In this document: in pieces, positions 52,183 to 62,278 of the stretch | How the letters are laid out: each line of letters opens with the position of its first letter | Position numbering within the stretch: position 1 is the stretch's first letter | Source of the DNA: Escherichia phage SKA64 | Sequence record: OM362897.1 | Reading direction: 5' to 3' (one strand) | DNA: 64,000 bases | Made by a program: the position numbers and the translations under genes | The notes under the pieces: model-generated | Database searches by the model: none | Seen by the model: the letters and a program-made list of their open reading frames with translations, nothing else | What the model was told of the DNA's origin: nothing

Positions 52183-52541
52183 GAGAAACAATCGTAGATG
52201 TTGTTATTAATGGTCAACGTTATGTGCCTGTTGTAGAGAAAGCTGAACCAGATGCTTTAGATGTTGTTTTTGAAGACGATGATCTTGGCACTGTTACTGT
52301 ACGTGAATATTTCAGACGACTGCTCTCTACGCTTTGGGAAGAAGAAGATAGTTTCAGTGGAAAACGCCCTTTCGGTAACTCTTGCTGGCAGTTCGATTTG
52401 ATTATTGGTTTGATCGATGCTGGGTACCTGGAAGGTAAAGTTTATCGTGACGAAGATGGTGGTATAGAAGATACCGACTATGATCGTGAAGAAGCAGATA
52501 AGCTCATCCAGGGTCTGATCGCACGTATGTGTTTAGGTTAA
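52179..52541 (+). CDS. hypothetical protein
   Basis: ORF track; AAGGAGGAAAA RBS. Confidence 0.5.
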   Translation: MRETIVDVVINGQRYVPVVEKAEPDALDVVFEDDDLGTVTVREYFRRLLSTLWEEEDSFSGKRPFGNSCWQFDLIIGLIDAGYLEGKVYRDEDGGIEDTDYDREEADKLIQGLIARMCLG

Positions 52542-52542
52542 T

Positions 52543-52911
52543 ATGAAGGTATTAAACTTTTACCATTTAGGCAAAACAATCCCAGAAGGTGCTGTTTATA
52601 TTGGTAGAGCAATGCCACACATGGGGCTAAAAGCCTCCAAGTTTGCAAACCCTTTTAAGTTAAAAGATGATGAACCACGAGGATCAACTATACAAAGGTA
52701 TAAAGAGTGGTTGTGGGAGCAAATTCGTTGTGGTAAGATCACTCTTGAAGATTTATTAGAGTTAGAAGGGAAAGATTTAGTTTGCTTCTGCTCACCTCAA
52801 CCTTGTCATGGAGATGTATTGGTAGCAGCCGTAGCTTGGGCTAGAAAAGAGTGGGACAAAAGGCATCCTACTTATGTAGACAATTATTGGATTTGGGAGG
52901 AGAATTTTTGA
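52543..52911 (+). CDS. DUF4326-like protein (conserved FANPF and C-x-C...CHGD motifs)
   Basis: GRAMPHMGLKASKFANPF...LVCFCSPQPCHGDVL; family assignment from memory of the CHG signature. Confidence 0.45.
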   Translation: MKVLNFYHLGKTIPEGAVYIGRAMPHMGLKASKFANPFKLKDDEPRGSTIQRYKEWLWEQIRCGKITLEDLLELEGKDLVCFCSPQPCHGDVLVAAVAWARKEWDKRHPTYVDNYWIWEENF

Positions 52912-53261
52912 AAAATATTATTGATGTGGATGTGTTTGGTATCACAACACTACAAGACAAACAAGCAACATTGTATTATCATAAAAAAGAGGACCAAGCT
53001 TACATCTACATCGGGGCAGAAAAGTTTGGTGTCGGAGATATGGTTTTAAATGTTGAAGGAGATCTTCCTTTAGAACAAAAGTTGAAAGTTTTTCGTTTCA
53101 CAGGAGATGTTAAACTAGACGGCGTTATCGCAATCCTACAAGAAGACCATTATTATATGGTAACTTTCGTTACTCCTGCTTTCTCTGGCCTTAATGGAGA
53201 AGAAGCTCTTAATGATGTTATTATCTTAAAGATTGGTAATGCTTTAAACGATGTAAACTAA
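52851..53261 (+). CDS. hypothetical protein (start uncertain)
   Basis: ORF track; 5' end overlaps upstream gene, real start may be TTG near 52909. Confidence 0.4.
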   Translation: MGQKASYLCRQLLDLGGEFLKNIIDVDVFGITTLQDKQATLYYHKKEDQAYIYIGAEKFGVGDMVLNVEGDLPLEQKLKVFRFTGDVKLDGVIAILQEDHYYMVTFVTPAFSGLNGEEALNDVIILKIGNALNDVN

Positions 53262-53269
53262 AGGAGGGA

Positions 53270-53785
53270 GTGAGTATGTTCTTTGATGCAAATTCTCTTT
53301 TTGTATCTACAGCAGGGCAGTCTGCTGTTAATGCAGAATTTGAGGAAAGAGAAGAATGGATTGATAATCACAACTACGATCCAAGTAATTTAAACTGGTG
53401 CAGTTTGGATGTTGGTAATCTTAGTAGAGATAATGCACTTAGAGCATACTACTCTGTATATACTGTTGACAATCTTTATCAATACTACGTGTTTCGTAGT
53501 CTTATTGTTAATCTTAATTTAGCTGGACGTTTAAAGAACAATAAGGCATTCACATTGGGACATTATATTCCCTTCCGTAAAGGTGGTGTGCATTTCCCAT
53601 GTAATTGGATTATTCAAACACGAAAAGAAAACAGTTTAGCAGGAGACACCATGCCAAGATTTAAAGATAAGTGGACATGGGAAAAACAAATGGGGTACAT
53701 TAATGCACATTTGCCACCTAATCTAAAAGAACCTTACGCCAGCAGAGCTAAGGAAATGATGAGGATTGTCAAGAGTTTTTATTAA
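53270..53785 (+). CDS. hypothetical protein; weak HNH-like motif
   Basis: GHYIPFRKGGVHFPCNWIIQTRKEN resembles H-N-N core of HNH nucleases. Confidence 0.45.
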   Translation: MSMFFDANSLFVSTAGQSAVNAEFEEREEWIDNHNYDPSNLNWCSLDVGNLSRDNALRAYYSVYTVDNLYQYYVFRSLIVNLNLAGRLKNNKAFTLGHYIPFRKGGVHFPCNWIIQTRKENSLAGDTMPRFKDKWTWEKQMGYINAHLPPNLKEPYASRAKEMMRIVKSFY

Positions 53786-53799
53786 GAGAGGAGAAATAC

Positions 53800-55392
53800 G
53801 TGTCTACACAATTGAGTTTTACACCTACTGATGAACAATACGCTATTGAAAGCGGGTATAAAGAAAATCGTTTCGTTACAATTCAAGCTAAATCTGGATC
53901 AGGTAAAACGTCAACACTGTATATGTTGGCTAATGGCACAAATGATAGTATTCTATATTTGGCATTTAACAAAAGTATGGCAGAGGAAGCTCGACGTAAA
54001 ATGCCACCCAATGTTATGTGCCGAACGCTACATTCTATCTGTTACCAACGTCTTCCACAAAACCTTCGACACAAATTGTCTCGTCCAGAAGGTCAATATG
54101 TTAACGTAGCTGGAACTGGTAGCGAGATTGCCAAAAAATTCAAGATTCAGAACTTGATTGATAAGAATGGTAAAGTGCTACTGACTCGTGCAATGATCGG
54201 GTTAATGGTAAAACAAACTTTAGCTAAATATGAGTTTTCTGACGATGAACATATTGGACATAAACATTTTCCTAAAGTGCATATGTCAGATCTTAAACGT
54301 AAGAACATCAACGAACAAAAACTTATTAACGAAGTTGTTAAATATGCGAAGCAACTTTGGCGTGAGCGTATCGATCCTAAATCAGAAACCATTATGACTC
54401 ATGACACCTATGTGAAACTCTTTGAATTGAGCAAAGAAGACTTAGGATACGATATTATTTTTGGAGATGAATTCCAAGATGTTAACCCTGCATTCCTGTC
54501 TATCCTTCGCAATGCTAAATCGGCTAAACGTATTGTTGTTGTGGGTGATGAATTTCAGAGTATTTATCAGTTCCGTGGAAGCCAGAACATGATGAAGCAA
54601 ACGGCTACATATGGGGTTGAGTTGCCTCTGACAGCTTGTTTTCGCTTTGGTCCTAAAGTTGCGGACATTGCTAATGCGATCCTTTCTGATCGTTCACCTC
54701 TGAAGCATCCGCTGGTAGGCAAAGGTTATGATACTGTCACTGGAAGTTTTCATTCTGATGTGGTAGATTATAGTAAACCTTACACCATTATTTTCCGTAA
54801 GAATTTGACTCTGTTGCTCGAAGCTATGGACCGAATCGCTAACGGAGAAGAGATTATTATTAACGTAGATACCAAAGATTTCATTTCTATGGTTGATAGT
54901 GTTAATGCTTTACGTAGAGGCGATTTGGACAAAGTTAAGCATGAGACAGTTCTCCCTTACACTTCTTGGGAAGAATTTGTAGAGTGTGCAGAATCAGATC
55001 CTGATGCAAAAAGACTTTTAAACATTGTTGTTTCTGGTAAAGCTAATAATATTGCATACACTTTACGTATGCACCGTAACTCTCCAACAGCTAAAGTTAC
55101 TTTAACTACAGCCCACAAATCAAAAGGTTTGGAGTGGGATCAGGTTATTGTTGCAAATGACTTCCCTTCCAATTATGATAAGAAGGGTGAGTGGGTAGGT
55201 CTTGAAGAATCAGAACGAAATCTTCTGTATGTTGCACATACACGTTGTATTAAATGTCTGCAATGGAACCGGACTGTTCAAGAGATTTTAGACATGCATC
55301 GTTTAGGTAAGAGCACGGCTCCTGTATCCGAAGAAGATAAGCTTATAGCTGCCCTTGCTCGTAAGATTAATCAAATCAGAGAGGATCGTTAA
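53800..55392 (+). CDS. UvrD/Rep-like superfamily 1 DNA helicase
   Basis: GTG start after GAGAGGAG; Walker A QAKSGSGKTS, motif II FGDEFQD, motif III VVVGDEFQSIYQFRG, motif VI TAHKSKGLEWDQVIV. Confidence 0.8.
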   Translation: MSTQLSFTPTDEQYAIESGYKENRFVTIQAKSGSGKTSTLYMLANGTNDSILYLAFNKSMAEEARRKMPPNVMCRTLHSICYQRLPQNLRHKLSRPEGQYVNVAGTGSEIAKKFKIQNLIDKNGKVLLTRAMIGLMVKQTLAKYEFSDDEHIGHKHFPKVHMSDLKRKNINEQKLINEVVKYAKQLWRERIDPKSETIMTHDTYVKLFELSKEDLGYDIIFGDEFQDVNPAFLSILRNAKSAKRIVVVGDEFQSIYQFRGSQNMMKQTATYGVELPLTACFRFGPKVADIANAILSDRSPLKHPLVGKGYDTVTGSFHSDVVDYSKPYTIIFRKNLTLLLEAMDRIANGEEIIINVDTKDFISMVDSVNALRRGDLDKVKHETVLPYTSWEEFVECAESDPDAKRLLNIVVSGKANNIAYTLRMHRNSPTAKVTLTTAHKSKGLEWDQVIVANDFPSNYDKKGEWVGLEESERNLLYVAHTRCIKCLQWNRTVQEILDMHRLGKSTAPVSEEDKLIAALARKINQIREDR

Positions 55393-55644
55393 ATGGCGGG
55401 GTATCACATAACAGACATTAAGAAACAACCTTATGGCAGCATAGAAAAGATTAAAGAGGAAGTAGAAGAACTTTTTGATGCTGTTGAGCAGGATTGCAAA
55501 ATAATGCAACTTGTTGAATTGTCAGATATTATAGGTGCTGTCGAGGGAGTTTTAGAACAACAGTTCCCAGATATGACTTTACAAGATTTAATCATTATGT
55601 CCAACATTACTAAACGTGCGTTTCGCACAGGAGGAAGGTCATGA
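55393..55644 (+). CDS. small acidic helical protein (possibly MazG-like NTP pyrophosphohydrolase)
   Basis: EKIKEEVEELFDAVEQD...ELSDIIGAVEGVLEQ Glu-rich helical pattern; weak. Confidence 0.3.
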   Translation: MAGYHITDIKKQPYGSIEKIKEEVEELFDAVEQDCKIMQLVELSDIIGAVEGVLEQQFPDMTLQDLIIMSNITKRAFRTGGRS

Positions 55645-56198
55645 ATACAGGTGTGATTGCCGAAGCCATCCAGAGTTATGGACGCTTTGCTGAAATGTTA
55701 GATGTTCCTTATTTAGTGGATGCAGATATTTTGGCATTCACACTGCCACCTGGCAAAGAAGATGCTCCTTTGGGGCATCCTAATGGGAAGTTTTATGTTG
55801 CCAGTGCCGAGCAATCATTCTTGCAAATGGAAAAGGATGGCTACGAGTTTATCGCTGGTCATCCCTACATGGCCCTGACACCATGTTACCGCACAGAGGA
55901 AGTGTTGGATGATTTTCACTTCAACATCTTCTTGAAGCTGGAGTTGATTGAGTTCTATCCCAGCTTTGGTGAAGTGAAAGAGTATGCCGAAGAAATGCGA
56001 TACTTCTTCTGGACCTACTACAAAGTCCAAACAAGAATTGTAGAAACAGAAATAGGGCTTGACGTGGAAGACATGAATGGTTTAGAATTAGGGTCATTCG
56101 GAACAAGATTGTCCCCACAAGGTCATCCATATATTTATGCAACAGCCATAGCCGAACCTCGTGCATCTATGGCAATTAACAGGAGGAATCATGATTAA
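55641..56198 (+). CDS. hypothetical protein with three GHP motifs
   Basis: ORF track; LGHPNGKFY, AGHPYMALT, QGHPYIYAT. Confidence 0.5.
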   Translation: MNTGVIAEAIQSYGRFAEMLDVPYLVDADILAFTLPPGKEDAPLGHPNGKFYVASAEQSFLQMEKDGYEFIAGHPYMALTPCYRTEEVLDDFHFNIFLKLELIEFYPSFGEVKEYAEEMRYFFWTYYKVQTRIVETEIGLDVEDMNGLELGSFGTRLSPQGHPYIYATAIAEPRASMAINRRNHD

Positions 56199-57579
56199 TA
56201 AATTTGCCCGTAAACAGGAAGTTGCTGAAGCAGCACGTCGCGCTGGTGTGTATGACAAATTGTGTGAAGGTATTGTGAAGGTGTATGGCTGGGAGGGAGA
56301 AGATGATCCAACCTGTTCAGGTGATTTTGCAATGAACGATATGACCTTCCCATATATTTCCTACAATGCCTCCACTGGTGAAATAAACGGTGTAACCAGC
56401 ACCAGTGTTGATCGTTATCCAGACGCAGAACAAACCACAGGAGGTTACATGTTAGATCTGATTCTTAAGAAATCAGGGTTATTGGGAATCGAAGACGTTT
56501 TCGTAGATGCAGATAGTTTATCATTAGGAGATGTTGTTAAACTACTGGTAGACTTTAGATTTGCAACAGGTAAAAGCTTCTGGAAGCCAGAAGATGCTGA
56601 ACGTTTGAAGACAATCGATCCAAGTATGTATGAACTGCCACAATATAAAGATAAACAATTCCGCAAGGTTATCTTCTTTGATCGTCAAGCAGGCTTAGAT
56701 GCAATGCATATTGAAGTTGGGGATTTACCACGCCCACACTCTGCTGCTACTGGTGATCGCGGCCTTGTAGAAGTCACGGCTCAAGAATTTAAAAATATGT
56801 TTGCTGCGAAATACGATGAAGCTGCGCCTGTGCCAAGTATTGAGGAGCAAGAGGAAGAACAGTTTGTAGCGGAAGATACTGCATTTGAATATCTGCCGAA
56901 CACAGGTGTTATGCCTTCAGAAGATTTCGTGCAGGTTCGCTTCAACAATGGTCAAACAGATGTTGCTAAGGGAACAGTATTCACTTGGAATATCGACAAT
57001 CTGGAAGAGTGGGCGATTAAAGAATACTTCATTCTCCCGCGCACGGCAAAATACAACTATAATAATGGTGGACACCGCCCTTGTGGTGGTCACGTAGAAG
57101 TTCTCTTTCGTGACGGAACTACGGATAGTGGATCGGCTACGCATTTCACTTGGGGTCATGTTGGATATGATCGGGATATTGTTGGTTGGCTTCCAACTAA
57201 CAACCCTAAACCACGTTACCGTAAGCCTCGTAAGAAGCCTCCGGTAGGTAAGAAGAGTGTCGTTCGTGTCCTCTACACTACACAACAGACATACACATTT
57301 AAAAATGTGGTTGATGTGCAAGTAACCGAGGAGCGGGTTTATATTCAATATGATCGTGAAGTTACAGAGGGTATCAAAGAATCGGTTACTACCGAAATTG
57401 AAAATAAGCTTGTTATGGCTATCATTGTGGAAGAAAGTAAAGTAGAGAACGGTAAAGCCTATACTGTTCGTGATAGCTTCTTGCGTAATATCGATGGAAC
57501 TTGGGATTATAATGGACACGATGGGACCGCTGTAAAGAACGGTAAGATCATGGGAAGACAATTCCTCTCCAAACGATAA
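56191..57579 (+). CDS. hypothetical protein (462 aa)
   Basis: ATG 56191 after AGGAGG preferred over track start 56161. Confidence 0.55.
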   Translation: MINKFARKQEVAEAARRAGVYDKLCEGIVKVYGWEGEDDPTCSGDFAMNDMTFPYISYNASTGEINGVTSTSVDRYPDAEQTTGGYMLDLILKKSGLLGIEDVFVDADSLSLGDVVKLLVDFRFATGKSFWKPEDAERLKTIDPSMYELPQYKDKQFRKVIFFDRQAGLDAMHIEVGDLPRPHSAATGDRGLVEVTAQEFKNMFAAKYDEAAPVPSIEEQEEEQFVAEDTAFEYLPNTGVMPSEDFVQVRFNNGQTDVAKGTVFTWNIDNLEEWAIKEYFILPRTAKYNYNNGGHRPCGGHVEVLFRDGTTDSGSATHFTWGHVGYDRDIVGWLPTNNPKPRYRKPRKKPPVGKKSVVRVLYTTQQTYTFKNVVDVQVTEERVYIQYDREVTEGIKESVTTEIENKLVMAIIVEESKVENGKAYTVRDSFLRNIDGTWDYNGHDGTAVKNGKIMGRQFLSKR

Positions 57580-57587
57580 AACTTAAA

Positions 57588-57609
57588 GGCGCACTTTGCG
57601 CCTTTTTTG
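57588..57609 (+). terminator. rho-independent terminator
   Basis: GGCGCA-ctt-TGCGCC hairpin followed by TTTTTT. Confidence 0.75.
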
Positions 57610-57679
57610 ATTTTCCTCAAAGCTTTTTTCGGTTGGAAGAGGTAGAATAATAGTTCTACTCACAAAATAAGGATTAATA

Positions 57680-59494
57680 ATGAAAGATTTGTACCAAGAT
57701 GTTTTTTCTTTTTTAGATCGCACTTCAGAAACATACACTAGAGAGAATGCAAACAAACCTTCCCACCTCGTTAACACACATAGGGATCTCTTGGCGGGGA
57801 TTTTAAGCAAACATATGGCAATGACACAGATACTGCCAAAAAACTTGTCAGAATGGCATACAGAAGGTTTTGGACATATTCACGACTTGGATTATCTGCT
57901 CTCTCCTCTTACAAACTGTTGTCTTGTTAATTATCAAGATATGTTAGAAAATGGTTTTAAGATCGGTGCCGCACAAATAGAAAAACCAAAATCTATTGGA
58001 GTAGCTACCACAGTGCTAACTCAAATCATCCAAGCTGTTGCCTCCAGTCAGTATGGAGGTCAGACGTGTGCGCACATTGATAAAGGTCTTAGTCCTTATG
58101 TTGAAGCTAGTTTCCTTAAAAACATGGAGATAACCAAACGTCGCTACGGTTGTTATGCAAGGAAAGAAGCCCTAGAAATGACCGAACAAGATGTATACGA
58201 TGCTATGCAAACTCTCTTGTATCAGGTTAATACTTTAATGAGTGTTAATGGACAATCTCCTTTTATTACAATCAGTATGGGTCTGGATACCTCTGTTTTT
58301 GGCAGAATGATCACAGCTAACTATCTTAAAGTGCATAGTAATGGTCTAGGCAAAGATCATGTAACGCCTGTATTCCCTAAAGTTATTTTCTTTTTACAAG
58401 AAGGTGTTAACATGAAACCTAGTGATCCTAACTATGACCTTAAGCAACAAGCTTTGGCATGTTGTGCTGATCGTATTTATCCAGATTTTATTTCTGTTCC
58501 TTTGAACAAAGAAGTTACGGGATCAGCAGATGGCACTGTTACGAGTATGGGTTGTCGTTCCTTTTTGTCGTACTATGCCACCGAACAAGGAGAAAAATAC
58601 GATGGACGATTCAACCTTGGAGTAGTTTCTATCAACTTACCTCTGATCGCTGCGGAAGCGAGAAGTAAAGGAGAATCTTTCACCGATCTTCTTAATAAAC
58701 ATATGGAGATAGCCTACGATGCTCACATGCTACGTGTAAACCGTATCAGACATACCAAAGCATCTGAAAACCCTATTCTTTTCATGGAAGGGGCTTTAGC
58801 TCGTTTAAATGCCAACGATGAAATTGGTGTTTTGTTTGAAGGTGGTTATGCTTCTATTAGTATTGGTTATGTAGGTCTTGCCGAAGCTTTGGAAATCCTT
58901 TATCCAGAAGAAAAAGATAAAAAGGAACTTGGTAAAAACATTCTGCAACATATGAAAGATGTGTGTGCTGTGTTTAAAGAACGATCTAATTTGGCGTTTA
59001 GTCTCTATGGAACTCCAGCAGAATCTTTGTGCTATAAGTTTGCAACAGCTTTAAATGAAAAATACCCAGGTTTGGTAGAAAGAGACTATCTTACTAACTC
59101 TTTTCATCAACCTGTGTGGTTGGTAACAAACCCTTTTGAAAAATGGGATTATGAAGCAGGTTTTGCACAGATTAGTAATGGTGGTAACATAAGTTATGTC
59201 GAAACACCAAACTTAAAGAATAACTTAGAAGCTTTGGAGACTTTAGTAGACTACGCTTATGAACATATTCACTATTTTGGTATTAATCAGCCCGTGGATC
59301 AATGCTTTAAGTGTGGTTTTCATGGGGAATTTAAGGCAACGGCTAAAGGGTTTGAGTGTCCTGATTGTGGCAACCATGAAGAAGAAACTATTTCTGTAGT
59401 TAGACGTGTGTCAGGGTATCTTTCTGCCCCTAACTCACGCCCTTACAACAAAGGTAAAATGCAGGAAGTTTTGCAAAGGGAGAAACATCTTTGA
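57680..59494 (+). CDS. nrdD: anaerobic ribonucleoside-triphosphate reductase (class III) NrdD
   Basis: 604 aa; C-terminal glycyl-radical motif RVSGYLSAPNSRPYNKGK; AAQIEKPKSIGVAT...QYGGQT blocks. Confidence 0.9.
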   Translation: MKDLYQDVFSFLDRTSETYTRENANKPSHLVNTHRDLLAGILSKHMAMTQILPKNLSEWHTEGFGHIHDLDYLLSPLTNCCLVNYQDMLENGFKIGAAQIEKPKSIGVATTVLTQIIQAVASSQYGGQTCAHIDKGLSPYVEASFLKNMEITKRRYGCYARKEALEMTEQDVYDAMQTLLYQVNTLMSVNGQSPFITISMGLDTSVFGRMITANYLKVHSNGLGKDHVTPVFPKVIFFLQEGVNMKPSDPNYDLKQQALACCADRIYPDFISVPLNKEVTGSADGTVTSMGCRSFLSYYATEQGEKYDGRFNLGVVSINLPLIAAEARSKGESFTDLLNKHMEIAYDAHMLRVNRIRHTKASENPILFMEGALARLNANDEIGVLFEGGYASISIGYVGLAEALEILYPEEKDKKELGKNILQHMKDVCAVFKERSNLAFSLYGTPAESLCYKFATALNEKYPGLVERDYLTNSFHQPVWLVTNPFEKWDYEAGFAQISNGGNISYVETPNLKNNLEALETLVDYAYEHIHYFGINQPVDQCFKCGFHGEFKATAKGFECPDCGNHEEETISVVRRVSGYLSAPNSRPYNKGKMQEVLQREKHL

Positions 59495-59961
59495 ATTTTG
59501 CAGGATATGAACCTGTAGATCTTATTAATGGCGAGGGAGTTAGGTGCTCCCTCTGGGTTAGTGGTTGTAGCCACGGTTGTCGTGGCTGTTTTAACCAAAA
59601 AGCCTGGTCTTATTCTTATGGGAAACCGTTCACTCACGAAAATGTAGAGCAAGTTTTAAAAGATTTGTCAAGACCGTTTGTAAAAGGTTTAACAATTTTA
59701 GGAGGAGAGCCATTAGATCCACAGAATATTTACAATGTTAAAAACCTTATAGAAAAGGTTAGAGACGTTTATGGGTCAAGCAAAGATATAATGGTGTATA
59801 CAGGGTATACTTTTGAGGAAGTGCCTTTGTATATTAAAAATCTTGTTGACATTATTGTAGACGGAAAGTATGAAATAAACAATCCAACTACAAAACCTTT
59901 CAGAGGGTCAGATAATCAAAGATTATGGACCAAAACGGCAAGTGGTTGGCAATCAGATTAA
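59491..59961 (+). CDS. nrdG: anaerobic RNR activating protein NrdG (radical SAM)
   Basis: TTGA overlap with nrdD stop; CSHGCRGC C-x3-C-x2-C cluster; 156 aa. Confidence 0.8.
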   Translation: MNFAGYEPVDLINGEGVRCSLWVSGCSHGCRGCFNQKAWSYSYGKPFTHENVEQVLKDLSRPFVKGLTILGGEPLDPQNIYNVKNLIEKVRDVYGSSKDIMVYTGYTFEEVPLYIKNLVDIIVDGKYEINNPTTKPFRGSDNQRLWTKTASGWQSD

Positions 59962-59974
59962 CTTAGGAGGTTTC

Positions 59975-60166
59975 ATGGTTACATATTTTGCTGTAGGAGA
60001 TAGAGTAGGGACGGCAGGAGAACTTTTGAAGAACAGTGATCGGGACGTTAAGGACATTCTTGCAACCCTTGTGGATATTTTACAAAGAAAAGAGTTGCTT
60101 TCTGATCGAGATGTTGCTAAATTACTTGATATCGGAGGAGATGAACTTCAAAGACTTCCATTTTAA
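59975..60166 (+). CDS. hypothetical protein (64 aa)
   Basis: ATG 59975 after TAGGAGG preferred over track start 59942. Confidence 0.5.
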   Translation: MVTYFAVGDRVGTAGELLKNSDRDVKDILATLVDILQRKELLSDRDVAKLLDIGGDELQRLPF

Positions 60167-60181
60167 GTGAGGAGATAAGTA

Positions 60182-60787
60182 ATGCAACATAGTGTAGTAG
60201 TCAACATGCCGAATAGTGGGGATAAATCTTTTGGTGTCCCTGCTAAAAAAGTGTGGAAAGCCCATTTTCATCTTACTTTATCTAACGTTAGTTCTGAAGA
60301 GTTGATGAAAGCAGCTAAGATTATTGGTGCCAAATGCACAACAATTGATTTACATCGGGATACAAAGTCTCAACGTGATCGTATGTTAACAAAGTATCAA
60401 AGCGATCTCGACACTACTTTAATGTTGCAGTGTGTAGAAAAACTTGAGAATGCAGGTTTCAATGTTGTTCGTTACAAACTGGAACGAATGTTTAAACATG
60501 TTGCCTGTGTTCTTTTCATGGATCTAAGTAAAGAAAATTACGGAGAAGTTCACATTAAGACTTCAGCAAGTGATCCCGAAGTAGAAACAAACTTCTTCCG
60601 TATTTCTTCTAATGCTGAAGAAATTGATTACCGATTTTATAATGCTCGCTTATATTCCGCAGAAGATAAGTTGCGTTTCAATGAAGCGTATGATATGCTC
60701 TTGAACAGTGGGATACAGATAAAAGGCTACCACATAGAACAAGTGGTAGTGGACAGTAATCTTAACTTAGACGCATGGTGGGCTTAA
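60182..60787 (+). CDS. hypothetical protein
   Basis: ORF track; GAGGAGATAAG RBS. Confidence 0.55.
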   Translation: MQHSVVVNMPNSGDKSFGVPAKKVWKAHFHLTLSNVSSEELMKAAKIIGAKCTTIDLHRDTKSQRDRMLTKYQSDLDTTLMLQCVEKLENAGFNVVRYKLERMFKHVACVLFMDLSKENYGEVHIKTSASDPEVETNFFRISSNAEEIDYRFYNARLYSAEDKLRFNEAYDMLLNSGIQIKGYHIEQVVVDSNLNLDAWWA

Positions 60788-60788
60788 T

Positions 60789-61445
60789 ATGACTATTAAA
60801 CATATCTCTTTTGATGTATGGAACACACTGATCACAGCAAACTCCAATTACGCAGACATGCGAGCCTGGACTATCGCAAAATATGGAGATATTACGGAAG
60901 TTGAAGCAAGAGCAGCTTATAAAAAGATCAAAAAGGAACTGGATAATGCAGCACTTCAAGGCAAAGCCGAGTGTGCAGCATACGCCTGGGAAAGACTTGG
61001 TTCTGAACTTGGGATAACGCCTTGGAAGTCTGCAAAGCTTCGTTTCGAGTGTGAACAGTGGTTCCTTAAGTTTCCACCACACGTAGCCGTAGATCTGCCG
61101 ATGTACTTGCTGTATCTTTCTGGGCGTTATGATTTGAGTATTAAGAGCAATACCAACTTCATATCAGGGGATATTCTGCGTCGTGCTTGTAAGTTTGATA
61201 GTTGGAATTGTTTTGAGTTCACCCATTTCTCGGATGAAGCTTTACTTTGTAAACCAGATCCGCGATTCTTTGCTCGCACGCTCACGTATTCTCCGATCCC
61301 TCTGTTAGGGCACGAAGTGTTGCACGTAGGCGATAGTGAAGAATATGATGGAAAATGTGTTGACTTAGGGTTTAACTTCTGTCATATTAAGAACCCTAAC
61401 GACTTACTAGAGAAACTTAAAAGAGGAGAAATTGTAAATGCGTAA
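60789..61445 (+). CDS. HAD-superfamily hydrolase-like protein
   Basis: ISFDVWNTLI (motif I with Asp nucleophile position), SIKSNTN, HVGDSEEYDGK (motif IV-like). Confidence 0.6.
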   Translation: MTIKHISFDVWNTLITANSNYADMRAWTIAKYGDITEVEARAAYKKIKKELDNAALQGKAECAAYAWERLGSELGITPWKSAKLRFECEQWFLKFPPHVAVDLPMYLLYLSGRYDLSIKSNTNFISGDILRRACKFDSWNCFEFTHFSDEALLCKPDPRFFARTLTYSPIPLLGHEVLHVGDSEEYDGKCVDLGFNFCHIKNPNDLLEKLKRGEIVNA

Positions 61446-62265
61446 TCAAACTCAAATTTTTGCAAATAAATTTGATGACCTGGAAACTGCTACTTTTGAT
61501 ATCCAAGATTATTCAAAATTGAAATTTGGTAGTAACCAAGCTGCGCGTCGTATGGGTAAAGAATTGGCACTTCAGTTTTTTGCTCAAGTGGCAATGAAAC
61601 ATATTGGGGAACAATTTGTTATCATTCCTTCTCCTTACAACCATGTGCATAATGCTGCAACAATGATGACAGATCATTTTATTAATTACTTCAATATGTT
61701 GCAAGCACAATATGATCAAGGTCGTTCAGCAGAACTGGACATTATTCATCGTAAAGTTAGCTATATCAACGATTATGGTTTCTTGGATAAAGCTAGTCGT
61801 AAGAAACTTATTGATGGGGATACATTCTACTGTAACAAAGAATTCTGGGGTGATAAGAAGCTTGTGTTTATTGATGATGTAAATATCACTGGAACTCATG
61901 AAGACAAACTGATTGAGATCCTTGATGAAAATCAAGTTAAAAATGATGTTTACTTCTTGTATTTTGCAAAATACGAAGGTAATCAAGCAGATACCGAAGC
62001 TAAACTGAATTTTAATTATATTAATACACCAGAAGCGTTTGTTAAAATGATTAATGAAGAACGTGATGCACAGTGTCTTGTTCGTCCTATTAAGTATCTT
62101 ATGGGCCAAAATCACGAAGACTTCAAAATCATTCTTAGCCAATTACCACACTACTATGTAGAGCAACTTTTCTTCGGATGTTTGGGAGAAGGTTACAACC
62201 GAATTTCAAAGTATGCCGAAAACTTTGAATTCTTGGATCGTTACACAAAACAACACATTCTGTAA
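61438..62265 (+). CDS. type I phosphoribosyltransferase-fold protein
   Basis: KLVFIDDVNITGTHE matches PRPP-binding loop; overlaps HAD gene stop. Confidence 0.6.
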   Translation: MRNQTQIFANKFDDLETATFDIQDYSKLKFGSNQAARRMGKELALQFFAQVAMKHIGEQFVIIPSPYNHVHNAATMMTDHFINYFNMLQAQYDQGRSAELDIIHRKVSYINDYGFLDKASRKKLIDGDTFYCNKEFWGDKKLVFIDDVNITGTHEDKLIEILDENQVKNDVYFLYFAKYEGNQADTEAKLNFNYINTPEAFVKMINEERDAQCLVRPIKYLMGQNHEDFKIILSQLPHYYVEQLFFGCLGEGYNRISKYAENFEFLDRYTKQHIL

Positions 62266-62278
62266 TAAGGAGCTAAAA

